From NCBI GenBank assembly GCA_044226015.1, contig JBGAHS010000005.1:671116-735115 (forward strand): 64,000 nucleotides of DNA, in the 5' to 3' direction. The notes under the pieces were generated by a model. It saw nothing but the letters and a program-made list of their open reading frames with translations, made no database searches and had not been told where the DNA came from. Below, piece after piece: positions 1-10,570 of this stretch. Source of the DNA: Candidatus Obscuribacteraceae bacterium. Its GTDB lineage: Bacteria; Cyanobacteriota; Vampirovibrionia; Obscuribacterales; Obscuribacteraceae. Numbering within the stretch: position 1 is the first letter of the stretch; each line of letters starts with the position of its first letter. Made by a program: the position numbers and the translations under genes.

Positions 1-171
1 AGGCTTGCGCGACATCCAATTTGGTAAACAGTCTCTTCAAATCCGTCAACTTCGTAGTTCTCACGCAGTATTTCGGGAATGGTATGATCATTACTTTTCA
101 TCATCGGAGAAATCCAAGCCAACACTCTTTTATCCAAGTATACTGCCAAGTTACTGGCAAAACTATCTGGT

Positions 172-1389
172 TCAAAAGCACTGTCCAATCAAAACAACTC
201 CGGCAAAATTTCGGGCGTCTAGATCTCCTTTTCGAATGCAAAAATAGAGTTTTCCATTGTCTCCCCAGAAAAAGTTTGCTAAGTCGTCAGAAGCTATCTG
301 CAATAACAGCAGCCAGTTATTAGCTGGATCGCCCGGTTCCGAGGATGGCGTGACGAACTGCTTTTGATATTTCGGATCGAATCGTTCCAGTTCTTCGTAG
401 CAGTCCACAAACACGTCCTGCTGTATAAGTTGTGGATGACCAAGCAATTGATGTGTGGGTTCGTCATGCGCGTCACCCTGCCAACCGTAAAGCAGCTCCT
501 CGTATTTATCCCTTTCTTCGTCGGACATGATAATTGATCGGATCGTAGTCGAGCAACCGTCAGGAAGCGTATTTACGCAAGCAAATTCAACAGAACAGGC
601 TGGAAAAGTCTCTTCCGGAAAATCATCCCAGATCGGGTCCGGGGACGGCCGTTGTGCCGGCATTAAAGTGCTTTGGTTTTCAAAATGGAAAACTTTCCAG
701 GATGATGCTATACCGCCAAATGAGAATTCACTTGGATCGGCGAAGAACGAAAGTATGCCGTTTGATGGCAATCCTGAATCTGGCCAAACAGTTGCTATTA
801 CAGAAAGATCGAGCTGGCACAAAAATTCAAGTGGTGCTACAGCCTCACAGTCCACTACTGGCCATTCAAAATCTGGCGGCACATCTGGTATTTCGCCAAA
901 TTTTGTACTAACGCTGCCATCATGGTGCTGGAGCAGATTCAATCGAAGCGATGGCAAAGACAATACCTTCAAGTCATCAATACAATCAGAAAGTCCAACA
1001 AAGTCCAGAGCCTCTTGAAACTTACCCGCTACTGCTAATGCTCTTATTGTTGACTTGCGTTGCTCCATTTCAGCGAGTGTACGATTTTCAACATCAATCA
1101 GTGGATTAATAACATTTCTCAGAGACAGTAGATCCATTCTAATTTTCACATGTTCTTCGTCTTTGGAGCACAGCTTGAGCCCTTTTTCCACGTCTGCCAG
1201 CGCTCTTTTTGTCCACTCTCTCAACAAGCACAATTTTGCCCGCTCAAGAAATGTGACCGGTCGCGGCTCGTAGTATATGGACAGACCAAAGTATCTTTCT
1301 GCAGTTTCGAAGTCGCGAAGCTGCATTCGCTCAAGTGCTTTATTGAATAGCTTTGTGGCGTCCTCAGGATTGTTGCCTTCACTTAGCAT
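172..1389 (-). CDS. TPR-like N-terminus fused to YwqG/DUF1963-family domain
   Basis: N-terminal helical TPR-like repeats; C-terminal PLEFLCQLDL..LPSNGILSFF..HQLLGHPQLIQ..WLLLLQI..WGDNGKLYFCI..DF...Q pattern of DUF1963. Confidence 0.8.
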   Translation of the reverse strand: MLSEGNNPEDATKLFNKALERMQLRDFETAERYFGLSIYYEPRPVTFLERAKLCLLREWTKRALADVEKGLKLCSKDEEHVKIRMDLLSLRNVINPLIDVENRTLAEMEQRKSTIRALAVAGKFQEALDFVGLSDCIDDLKVLSLPSLRLNLLQHHDGSVSTKFGEIPDVPPDFEWPVVDCEAVAPLEFLCQLDLSVIATVWPDSGLPSNGILSFFADPSEFSFGGIASSWKVFHFENQSTLMPAQRPSPDPIWDDFPEETFPACSVEFACVNTLPDGCSTTIRSIIMSDEERDKYEELLYGWQGDAHDEPTHQLLGHPQLIQQDVFVDCYEELERFDPKYQKQFVTPSSEPGDPANNWLLLLQIASDDLANFFWGDNGKLYFCIRKGDLDARNFAGVVLIGQCF

Positions 1390-1426
1390 GATATTCCCTT
1401 AGTAAGCGGCTCTTACTAACCGCAGT

Positions 1427-1843
1427 CTACTCGGTTTTGCCTTTGAGCAATTTGGTCATTCTTTTGGTAAGTGCCTTCTCATCATCGTCAAGCCTCTTCC
1501 GCTGCTTTGACTTTACCTCGCTGACGACAGCGGCAAACTCATTTCGAGATTCCTCATTGTAGCTGTAGCCCCGCCAGGTCAGCTCATACAACACATCGAT
1601 TGCGGCTCCTTGTCTTGCCAGCATTCCGCAAACTCGATTTGTCATTTCTTTGATTGCCTGCGCATATGCTGATTCTTTCTCTAGTGTCTGCTCTTTTTCT
1701 CTTTGGTCGAGATAGAATGCAAGCGCCTCGTGTGCAATTTCGGTTTTCGTTTTGCCATCGAGCCTGGACAGGGCAGACAATCGCTCCTGATCTTTTGCGG
1801 ATAATCCAATGTAGAGGTTTTGATAAGTTTTGGGCTTAGGCAT
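1427..1843 (-). CDS. Ribbon-helix-helix (CopG-like) DNA-binding protein, possible relaxosome accessory factor
   Basis: LYIGLSAKDQERLSALSRLDGKTKTEIAHEALAFYL RHH pattern followed by a helical oligomerisation region; start set at MPKPK. Confidence 0.6.
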   Translation of the reverse strand: MPKPKTYQNLYIGLSAKDQERLSALSRLDGKTKTEIAHEALAFYLDQREKEQTLEKESAYAQAIKEMTNRVCGMLARQGAAIDVLYELTWRGYSYNEESRNEFAAVVSEVKSKQRKRLDDDEKALTKRMTKLLKGKTE

Positions 1844-2029
1844 AATGTACTCAGAGTTAAAAGTATTGCTATTCCTAGCATATACCGATTGTCCCAGAGA
1901 TATCAAGACCGGGGAGAAAAATTGCGGTACCCAAAACGCTAGCCAGTTCTCCGATTCGGGGAATGTGCATATTTCCCTTTATCCTGCTATCTTCGATAAC
2001 GATGGCTTGACACTGGAACTCCGGCTGAT

Positions 2030-2205
2030 CAAGCTCTACTTCGGGACGCTGAAGTAGGGGGAAGGCAAAACAGTCTTTATCTTTAGGACTTGATCCTGTA
2101 ATGGCAGATTTGTTTGCCTTCCCTATCCTGATATGCAGGTCGGACGATATCTAAGACCCACTTTGAGTGAGAGTCTGAATTTAGCAGGTTGACCAAGTCA
2201 GGCAT
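2030..2205 (+). ncRNA. IS110 bridge RNA (5' hairpin, target-binding loop, donor-binding loop); ends approximate
   Basis: CTACTTC/GAAGTAG hairpin; GGGAAGGCAAA/TTTGCCTTCCC stem enclosing CTTTATCTT (2075-2083) and GGCAG (2103-2107); GGTCGG/TTGACC stem enclosing ACGATATCT (2144-2152) and TAGCAG (2182-2187). Confidence 0.8.
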
Positions 2206-2234
2206 ACCATGCGTCTTATAACTAGAAAACTAGA

Positions 2235-3067
2235 ATGAAGAGGGATTGCATGTTCGACTGTTTTGTTGGAATCGACATCTCGAAAGATTTCTTTGATGTT
2301 TCCGTGGAGGTGACAGGGAAAGAGAAACACCATCAGTTTTCACAAACCGAAAAAGGCTTCCAGGGCTTCTTGCGCTGGTTGCAAAAAATCGGAGTTGTGA
2401 ACGCATTGTTCTGCATGGAAGCCACCGGTGCGTATTGGTATGACCTCGCTGATTTTCTTTCACTGGCAGGCGAGTCTGTTAGCGTCGTGAATCCGACTTG
2501 CATCAGGCGATTTGCTCAGAGTGAGCTGAAGCGAACCAAAACAGACAAAGTCGATGCTGGGGTAATTTCCAGATTTGCAAGAACAATGAATCCAAAGCAG
2601 TGGCACCCACCAGCTCCCGAAGTGTGTCAATTACAAATGCTGGTGAGGCGCCTCTACGATCTAACAAAAATTAGGCGCCAGGAGAGAACTCGCTTATCAA
2701 CAGAGAAAAGCAAACCATGCGTCATGGATTCGGTGAACCGCATCCTCAAGTGCTTAGATCTAGAAATCGGTCGTATTCGAAGACAACTGGTGGCATTTGT
2801 AGGTCTGGCCCCAAAGGAAATCAGATCTGGCAGCTCCATCCGTGGACGAACTCGACTATCCAAAACAGGAAATGCTAGATTGCGTTCAGCACTCTTTCTG
2901 CCGGCGATAGTCGCAAAAGATCACAATCCCGTCATTGCGCGATTTTATCGAAACCTAATCGCGAATGGAAAGGTTCCAATGAAGGCCGTTGGAGCCTCCA
3001 TGAGAAAGCTCTTGCACATCATATTTTGAGTACTTAAGTCTGGAACGCCTTTCCGTGACGACATAGT
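2235..3067 (+). pseudogene. IS110 DEDD transposase/recombinase with internal in-frame deletion and premature TGA
   Basis: VGIDISKD, CMEATG, KTDKVDA, GLAP..SGSS..LSKTGNARLRSAL motifs; the usual SIPGIG segment is absent (IRRQ joins directly to LVAFVGL); IIF-TGA-VLKSGTPF continues to TAG near 3066. Confidence 0.85.
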
Positions 3068-3571
3068 CTCCGCTTGAGCTGAGTGGTTCGACAGAGCTTG
3101 GCGCTTAATTCCTTCCAGAAGGGATCAGCGCTCGCGGCCGCATTGGGATCACCTCTAGAAACAATAGCGCTGATTGCGTATGGAAGGAAGCCGACGATGA
3201 AAAACGTCGCATGCCTCTGCTGTCCCTGATCTTGAGCTATTGACACTCGACACGATATCTGCCTTACCTTTATGGTCGGTCCTTCGTCCCTCCCGGCGGT
3301 AAGGCTCCGTGCCTTCAGCACTCCGATTCTGGTTGCGCGTCGTTGCCGACTCCGCGCCGCTGCAATCAAGTCCCAGAATTTCCCTTTCTCCCCGATGGAA
3401 GTATCCGATTACAAACCAGCTGGAGCTGTCAACCTCGGCGCAGCCGCCCGCAGGGCTTGGGGTTGACTGGTCCTGCGTTTGCAATATCATTAAACCGAGG
3501 GGAGAACGCCTATTGGCGCAATCGCGCTGTTGGGTCATAATATTAGTCGGTGAATAAGCAAGGTGCTGGGC

Positions 3572-3874
3572 ATGGACGAACTCATTACGAAGCATATCAG
3601 CAAGACTCCTGGTGTTTGTGGGGGCAGAGCTTGCATTGCCGGTCATCGAATTCGGGTGATGGATATTGTCGTTTGGCACCAGCTACGCGGTTACTCTGCC
3701 GATGAAGTTTGTCAGATGTATCCAGGAATTAATTTGGCCGATGTATATGCGGCACTGACCTATTATTTCGATAACCGCAAAGAAATTGACGATGACTTCG
3801 CAGCTGAGGAAGAGATCGCCAAAGAACTAATGACTCGCCATCCTTCAAAACTTCCCGGCAAGAGAAGTGCATAG
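3572..3874 (+). CDS. DUF433 antitoxin (VapB45-like)
   Basis: ISKTPGVCGGRACIAGHRIRV..GYSADEV..YP..DVYAALTYY. Confidence 0.9.
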   Translation: MDELITKHISKTPGVCGGRACIAGHRIRVMDIVVWHQLRGYSADEVCQMYPGINLADVYAALTYYFDNRKEIDDDFAAEEEIAKELMTRHPSKLPGKRSA

Positions 3875-4202
3875 CCAAATCAGATTCTATCTCGATGAGA
3901 ATATCCAATCTGCTGTCGCGCTGGGATTGAGGATTCGAGGAATTGATGTTCTAACCGCTCAGGAAGCTGGACTGCGTGGAGCATCCGATCTAGAGCATTT
4001 GGCTTTCGCGACTGCAAATGAAAGAGTGCTCGTCACATATGACACAGATTTCCTCGTTATTGACGCGAGCGGTCAGGAGCATAGTGGTATTGCTTGGTGC
4101 CATTCAACAAAATACTCCTTGGGTGCCCTTATTCTGGCGCTTGTTTACGTCCATTCCGTCATTACTCCCGAAGAGATGCGGAATCACATTGAATATTTGT
4201 AG
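3867..4202 (+). CDS. DUF5615 PIN-like toxin (VapC45-like)
   Basis: FYLDENI..LRIRGIDV..SDLEHL..RVLVTYDTDF..HSGI; overlaps the DUF433 gene by 8 nt. Confidence 0.9.
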   Translation: MHSQIRFYLDENIQSAVALGLRIRGIDVLTAQEAGLRGASDLEHLAFATANERVLVTYDTDFLVIDASGQEHSGIAWCHSTKYSLGALILALVYVHSVITPEEMRNHIEYL

Positions 4203-4286
4203 ACCGGCGTATCAGCTTCAAATGAAAGTTCAGTTATCTATGGAATTTGTGAATCAGACTATGGTCTTTAGTCAATTGAAGCCTGC

Positions 4287-4805
4287 TTGATGGTGCCGAT
4301 TCCTGTAGAATTGAAAAAAGAGGTGACAGTCCCGTCAAAAGCCTGGTGGACAATGTCAGAAGAGGAAGCGGAACCGAAAACTCAGGTTGAGAGCAGCAAA
4401 GGTGGGGCGGGCGGTTTTCCGCCAACGCGGATTGGTTCCGGCCAACATCCGCAGCTGCCTCAGCCAAATTCTGTGATCTGCTGCAGCTGCAAACAGCCGG
4501 TAACAAAATATCAGCCGGTCTTGCCGTTTATGGCTGCATATGTTTGCATGGATTGTATGAAAAAACAGAAGCAGAAACCTATTCCGGTCTCCGAAATCAC
4601 AAATAAGTCTTTTGCTCCATGGACATCGGAAGAAGTTGATAATATCAACGAGTACCAGCAGTCAAACAGTTTTCTCCCATTCGTTTGTCCAGCACGACAC
4701 ATTTTAAAAGCCAGAACCGAAGGATTCTATTGTTCCGCCTGTCCACAATTTTCTTTGAACTGGACATATCCTTGGGTACTTGATTTATTTTGGAAACAGC
4801 TTTAG
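4287..4805 (+). CDS. Hypothetical protein with several CxxC pairs (possible Zn-binding)
   Basis: CSC..CMDC and CPARH..CSAC motifs; 172-aa ORF. Confidence 0.55.
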   Translation: MMVPIPVELKKEVTVPSKAWWTMSEEEAEPKTQVESSKGGAGGFPPTRIGSGQHPQLPQPNSVICCSCKQPVTKYQPVLPFMAAYVCMDCMKKQKQKPIPVSEITNKSFAPWTSEEVDNINEYQQSNSFLPFVCPARHILKARTEGFYCSACPQFSLNWTYPWVLDLFWKQL

Positions 4806-4855
4806 TTATCTCCAGGTTGTCCGAGCTACCGCATCATGATTCGATTCTTTCTGGA

Positions 4856-6090
4856 TTAGGTTGTTTTTTGCTTAATCTTCTTTACCTGTCCTTTTCGTGA
4901 CAGCAACTTATTCGGATCTTTCAATGCCTCTTGCGCTTTTTCCAATGCCTGCCGCACTGGGTCTTGAGTGAGTCGAGCATAGACCGATGTAGACGCCATA
5001 GAGCGATGGCCCAGAGCCTTGCCTATGATTGTAGGGCTGACGTTCTGAATCGCCATGTAACTGCCAGCGGTGCGCCTTAAATCATGAATTCGAAGATCCT
5101 CGATACCAGCACGTTCAACAATTCGCTGGAACGCTTTTCTCGGTGAGACTATATGACCTTTATCGCCAGATTTCCAGCCTTTTCTGTCAGATGGAAATAC
5201 CCAGACCGGATGCAAGTCATCAGCTTTCTTCCGGTTACGCAAGATTTCCAGTGCATTTAGGGTAAGCGGAATTGTCTGCGAATCGCCGCTCTTTGTGAGT
5301 GGAATTCGCCACTGCTGCAGGTCAAAATTCACCTCATCCCACCGCATCGCCATTACATTTGACACTCGTGCACCTGTATACAAGCACATCCAGAAGAAAT
5401 CTCGAATCAGTGGGTAAGGTTCTGCGTTCAGCGCATTTGCAAATTTCTTGAATTCTTCACCTGGTTGGATGAATCTTTCCCTGGGTTTACTCTTGAATGT
5501 TGTAATTCCCTGGCATGGATTTTCGCCTGTGAAAATTCCTTGTCCAATGCTCCAGGTGAAGACGGCGCGCATGGTGTTGTAATTTCGAGTGGAGGTGCTT
5601 TTGCCATTAGTTCTTGCAAGATTATTCACCCAGCTCTGGATCTGTCGCGAGTAATTTTTGTGATCGGCCGCTTGTCGAACTGCTGAAAATAGCGTTGGTG
5701 GTTTTTCTCAATTTCCTTCCAGGTTACGGTGTGTAGGCTGGCATATTCCTCTATATATCTTCTAAAGATTTCCCCATACGTCGGCGGAGGCGGTTCAGTA
5801 ATCGAAGGATCTTTTCCAAGTCCAATAAGGTGATTCAGTTCAGTCGCCTTCGTTCTCGCCTGCTCAAGCGACACATCACCGTACTTGCCAATAGTGAACT
5901 CGATGATCTTGCGAGGCGATTCATTGTTGTCCGGCAGCCGCCGGTAATAAACAAAGGTCTTTACTCCACTCGGACGTACCCGCATACCCAGCCCTTGGAC
6001 TTCGGTATCCATCACTCGCATGTGCCGCCTCTTGGCTGGGCATACTAGCCCGTCAAGTTTGTCGATCCGAAAATTAAAGGTCGTGTCCAT
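4856..6090 (-). pseudogene. Tyrosine integrase (N-terminal arm-binding domain), split by one frameshift near 5645
   Basis: GLGMRVRPSGVKTF..TIGKYG..SLEQAR..GKDP arm domain; TGAR, TKSG, HDLRR, LGH, VY catalytic residues; KITRD/IQSWVNN frame change. Confidence 0.9.
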
Positions 6091-6132
6091 CCAGCCGATT
6101 TCCTACTACCAATATTAATAAGTACCGATTTG

Positions 6133-6154
6133 GGCCCTACATAGGCCCTACATA
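6133..6154. repeat. Tandem 11-bp direct repeat GGCCCTACATA, probable integrase arm-type site
   Basis: Two exact adjacent copies between the integrase start and the att copy. Confidence 0.6.
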
Positions 6155-6283
6155 GAAGCGAAAATTTGACCTATTTGCATCTATGCTCAGAAAATTATAG
6201 AACATCCAGAAGGATTATCTACATTAGCTTCGCGGCATTTCCATCAACAATCGGAAAACCCCGAAAACACGTTGACCCATTTT

Positions 6284-6325
6284 GTCCTAAGGAGGGTGTC
6301 GGGAGTTCGAGTCTCTCCGAGGGTG
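6284..6325 (+). repeat. att site: 3' half of tRNA-Arg(CCT), not an intact tRNA
   Basis: T-CCT-AA anticodon loop, GGAGG stem strand, T-arm GGGAG-TTCGAGT-CTCTC, acceptor strand CGAGGGT-G; no D-arm upstream. Confidence 0.85.
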
Positions 6326-7069
6326 AAGTTTAGGCAATCTTTTTGGGATTTGACGTTATGTAGACTGACTGATTGTCTCGGTTTCGATAAGTGTGGTTTC
6401 GGAAACGATTGACTGGCGGTCGTATTAGAGATGTGCTAGATCGGATTGTTCTAGTTGCGAGTCCTTTGGGGGTGCAATAGGGGTGCTTGGTTGTCAGAAG
6501 GCTTCCAGTTTTTGCTGTTTTGACTCCAAACAATTTCAGGTGCCAGTGTGTTAACGAAGTTGGGCTAGTGGCAGGTTCGCTGCCGATGTGCCGATACCAT
6601 CTCTGGTGCTACTGTACCCGCCCTGGCAAGTTGGCTTTTGCGAAACATGCCCTGCTCATGTGCTATCCCGGTGCCTGGAGGACAGGTCATTTGTGTTGGT
6701 ATGACTAGCGCCTTTCGGACTTGCTGTGCTTTTTGTCCACGTGGTACTAGCCTGCCCGCGCCACTGTGATGAAGCAGTGAGAGCATGTTAAGCAGTGGCT
6801 CCGCTATTATTACGTGCCTGCTATTCCAGGGCATGGATGCGCGTTGGAGCGAAGACGAGCCTAGTGCCACACCGGTAGGCTAGCGCCAGTGCGCTTGTAC
6901 ATGTTGGCGGTCGGACGTGGGCGGATCAGACTACGCCCTGCTGATAAGCATGCTTACGGTAGGGGCTACTGCGCCCATTTGCCCTGCCGCCTCGCCGGCG
7001 CCGGGCACTGTGAAATCCTGCTCCAAATAAGCCTGCATTCTGCTATGTTCCTGGCAGGGAGATCGAAAC

Positions 7070-7399
7070 ATGTATATCCATAATATATACAGCTCGCATG
7101 TTACCGCCGATGGCGAGCAACGCACCTATCAGAAACGTTTGCTGAGGGTCGCCCGCCGGCAAGGCGGCCGCATATTGAATCGAACAATCGCCAACGTCAC
7201 AAAATGGGAAGCAGAGAAGCTCTCCTTGTTGATGGATGCATTGGCTGCTAAACGGGGCGCCAAAGAGTTTTCTACGAGTGAGCAGGCTGACCAATCGCTT
7301 TTCTGTTTTTTACTCTCTATGGGTGTTGAACCCTGGCGCTTGATGCAGACTGATGCAACTCGCCATTCTGGAAAAAAGAAAAGGCGCTTAGGGATCTAA
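7070..7399 (+). pseudogene. Remnant resembling the N-terminus of an IS1634-family transposase
   Basis: MYI..Y..LLR..R.GGRILNRTIANVTKW pattern; no DDE domain follows. Confidence 0.55.
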
Positions 7400-7657
7400 G
7401 TCCAAGGCTAAAAGTATATTTTCTGCCAGGTCGCTATCGGTCAGTTCATGTTTATCAGGATCCCATTCTCCAAAATATCCACGGATAATCGAAACATAGT
7501 TGAGATTGCCATTGACGTAATTACACGCTTCTTCAAGCAGAGCTCGGTACTTTTCTTGTGACTTTGTGCTCTTCGACCTGCTTGCTTTTGCTGCGGCAGT
7601 TAATATTGGTCTGAGGTCTTGAACCGCCTGGCGTCTTTCTCGTTCATGCCTGTCCAT
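7388..7657 (-). CDS. Hypothetical protein
   Basis: 89-aa ORF with AAGGA upstream of ATG. Confidence 0.55.
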   Translation of the reverse strand: MDRHERERRQAVQDLRPILTAAAKASRSKSTKSQEKYRALLEEACNYVNGNLNYVSIIRGYFGEWDPDKHELTDSDLAENILLALDLDP

Positions 7658-7819
7658 TTTCCATTCCTTAATCCTGAATCCTGAGTTTCCGGGAGCTATC
7701 TTTTAGATATACATCAACCTTGAAAAGATCGCAAAATGACATCGCTTTTGCGATCGCTGGACTTTGTTGCTCGCTAATCGGCTTACCGGGAAACCGTGTA
7801 TTTCGTTGAGAGAAGCAAA

Positions 7820-8224
7820 TTAACGTAGCAAAAATTCAAATGTTGGATCAGGACCACCGGACAGGAAGAAACTAGTAAAAACATAGATCGCCATTGCTAT
7901 TGCTGCGAGCAGTTTTAGAAATCCGAAGATCACTCCATGCGGCGAACGCCAATTCGCAGTTTTGATGACTACTTCGAACTCACCTACCAAATAAATAATT
8001 GAGATGGGCAGCGCCATTGCTATGACTTCGACTAGAAGCAAGTCGTAACCTTTCAGCCCGAAAAACATGGGTTGGTTCGGCTTAAGCATTGCTAGGACTA
8101 ATAAAGGCAAGCCGATTATGGTACCGATAGCGAAAAAAGGCAGCCAACGAATCGATAGCTTTTCAGCCGTTGTAATATGAGTATCGGTTTCTCTTGCGGC
8201 TAAAACTTCTGCCAGCTTGTCCAT
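7820..8224 (-). CDS. Hypothetical membrane protein (about 3 TM)
   Basis: Three hydrophobic segments, GAGGG upstream. Confidence 0.65.
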   Translation of the reverse strand: MDKLAEVLAARETDTHITTAEKLSIRWLPFFAIGTIIGLPLLVLAMLKPNQPMFFGLKGYDLLLVEVIAMALPISIIYLVGEFEVVIKTANWRSPHGVIFGFLKLLAAIAMAIYVFTSFFLSGGPDPTFEFLLR

Positions 8225-8330
8225 TTAAGTGCCCTCTTAAAGCTTGGGTGATCTTATCGTTGCGACGTTGTAGCATCATTAGCAGCTGCTTACTTGAAAC
8301 CCGGCTTTGTTGCTTTCGCTAGAAAGTATT

Positions 8331-8597
8331 TTAGTCGCAGAACTCAGGCGAAGCCCATGATGGTGCTGCTCCTGTTATTTCGACCTCGTTAAGCTTGCCG
8401 TATTCTTCCATCAAGGATTGAATCTCTGAAGCTTTCAAGCCAAATTGTTTTTCCAAGCGCTGCCAGGATTTTCGAACCCAGTAACGTGAGTTACCGTGGC
8501 AATCGTCAGCATAGTCAGCGATAGCGTCAGTTAGATGCAGCGAGCGCTGCAATCGTTCTTCTTTCTGCCATCTTTCTAGTTTGCGTTTTGCAGTCAT
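8331..8597 (-). CDS. Small hypothetical protein translationally coupled to the upstream integrase
   Basis: ATGA overlap at 8594-8597. Confidence 0.55.
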   Translation of the reverse strand: MTAKRKLERWQKEERLQRSLHLTDAIADYADDCHGNSRYWVRKSWQRLEKQFGLKASEIQSLMEEYGKLNEVEITGAAPSWASPEFCD

Positions 8598-10177
8598 GAT
8601 TTCCCTTCTTGTGATTTCAACGTGTTGCGTGGATCTATGCCAATTTGGCTATGAAGCTGTGCTCGCTTGGCTAGCTCTTGAGCCTCTTTGAGTGACAGAG
8701 TGTCTGCTTTTCCAAGAGTAAATAGAACTTGTTCACCATTGAAACGGGTCTTGCAAAGGTACGATGAAGGACCGTTTTTATTCTCACGTATGCCTAGTCC
8801 GTCTTGCCAGATTGTTATGTTCTGAATCACGTGGCGATTCTCTTTGAGCTGCCTTTTTAGTCTGTTTAGGTTTTGCATTTTTGTATTGCAAGCTGCGCTC
8901 CAATATTTGCTTAGAGCTGTTGTGAATTGGTAGCTCTCTCCGCAGTAATTGCAGCGTCGGTTACCTTTCACGATTTGCCTAAATTTAGGTGGTTTACGCT
9001 TTGCTGCTTGCTTGCATGACAGGCGGCAATACATGCTTTTGCTTCTCTTCCTGCATTGGTATTTGATTCCGCATTGCTGGCAAGTTCGTTCCTCTTTCTC
9101 AACTGTTTTCGAAAACTGAGGAAATACAGTGTAACGCCCATCAGGTTTTGCTCTACTCTTTGGCATCGCTTCGCCCATCGCCTCGAACATAGATCCTACC
9201 GCTAGCTCCATTGCTTCCTTTACTGGATCGATGTGCAACCGAGCGTATATTTGCGTGGAGGCAAAACTTTTGTGATTCAATGTTCTGCTGATGATTGGCA
9301 GGCTGACTCCGTTAATGCTTTGCCACGAAGCAAGCGACCGCCTCAAATCATGAATCTGCAAATCTTCAATCCCAGATCTATCGAGCACAAATTCCCAGGC
9401 TTGGCTCAAGCTCCAAACAGGACCAGACCCATCTTGTTTCGGAAAAAATCAGATAGGATGACAGCGTCTCCTGCGTCTGAGAATTTCCATTGCTGGTTCG
9501 ATTAGAGGATTTATTTGAGAATCACCGTTCTTAGTCTCTTCAATGCGCCAGTAAGAATGTTGCTCGCTGATATCCGCCCATCGCATCTCTGAAACATTCC
9601 GGCGTCGTGCTCCTGTGAAAAGCAGCATGAATAGAAGATCTTTTGTGGTTTCGTTGCGCAGAGAGTGTACCGCTGCAAACCATGGCGCCAGTTCGTGAGG
9701 CTGGAGGAATCGCTCCCGAGCTTTGATTTTGCTGAGCCTTATTCTTGCAGCTGGATTGATACCTTCAAACATGTTCCAATCGATTGCTCTGTTGTAGAGC
9801 ATCCTGATAAGTTCAATGGCATGATTGCTTGCGCTCTTGCCATTAGTTTCGAGAAGCGAGACTTGAAGCGCGTGAATTTCTTTCCGTGTGATTTCGTTGA
9901 TGTCTTTGTCTGCGAGGGTCGCAAGATGATTCTTGAAAATTCCTTCGTATTTAAACCACTGCTTGCAGTGGAGTTTTGCGTACTGATCGAGCCAATATTG
10001 CATCAACTCATGCAGTGTCATTCTTTGCGATATCTTCAAAGAGCCTTGAGATGACATCAATCCAGTTAGTTTTGCGACAACCGCATCAGAGAGCAGGTCA
10101 GAGAATCCGGCTACTGTAAATGGCTTCTGTTCACACTCATCCGCATTATGCTCGCTGAGAATCAGCTCGTCAGACAT
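8594..10177 (-). pseudogene. Tyrosine recombinase with C-terminal Cys-rich and arm-binding-like domains; single in-frame TGA at 9449-9451
   Basis: ORFs 9449-10177 and 8594-9409 are in the same frame (HPI*FFPKQDG, where integrase 1 has HPVWVFP); TGAR, TKNG, HDLRR, LNH, IY residues. Confidence 0.85.
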
Positions 10178-10570
10178 GGAGGGCTCCTTTTAAGTCATAA
10201 AAATTGAATTGAATTCAGACTACAACAACTTTGTCCAAAATGCTCGAAAGGTAAGCTAATAGCTTGTTTTGCTGCTTTCAAAAACTAGATTGGGAAAGCG
10301 AAATCAACTTTATAAAAATTCTGCAAATTAGCTTAAGTCATCAAGCCGTTTGTGTCCTAAATATGGCTAGGTAAAGGTCAAATTCTCGTTTGTAGCCTTT
10401 ATAGCGTTTGCAGTTAGCTTTGAAGCCTCGAAGCCATAGATTTCAAAAAGTCGGTGAGTTTCATATTTTCAATCCTCGTTTCTGGTTGATAAAATTACTT
10501 ATCAAGAGGCTAAGCTATTAGCTTAAGTTGTCTGTTTGCTTTGGTTGCAAGTTTACGGGAGCCTTTACTT

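Larger units (their letters stand above)
1984..3260 (+). mobile_element. IS110-family insertion sequence (long left end), bounded by CT core dinucleotides; transposase defective
   Basis: Left junction CTTTATC-CT-GCTAT (1977-1990), right junction ACGATAT-CT-GCCTT (3252-3265); flanks match guide segments in the left non-coding end; TTGACA at 3240-3245. Confidence 0.85.

Noticed and set aside
6284..6325. Intact tRNA-Arg gene
   Set aside because: No 5' acceptor strand or D-arm upstream; only the 3' half is present
6330..7060. Structured ncRNA or genes in the island left arm
   Set aside because: Only short weak ORFs and no structure I can support
3027..9451. TGA recoding (in-frame TGA in the IS110 transposase and integrase 2)
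   Set aside because: One replaces an expected Gly, the other Trp; many intact genes here end in TGA; both lie in decaying elements
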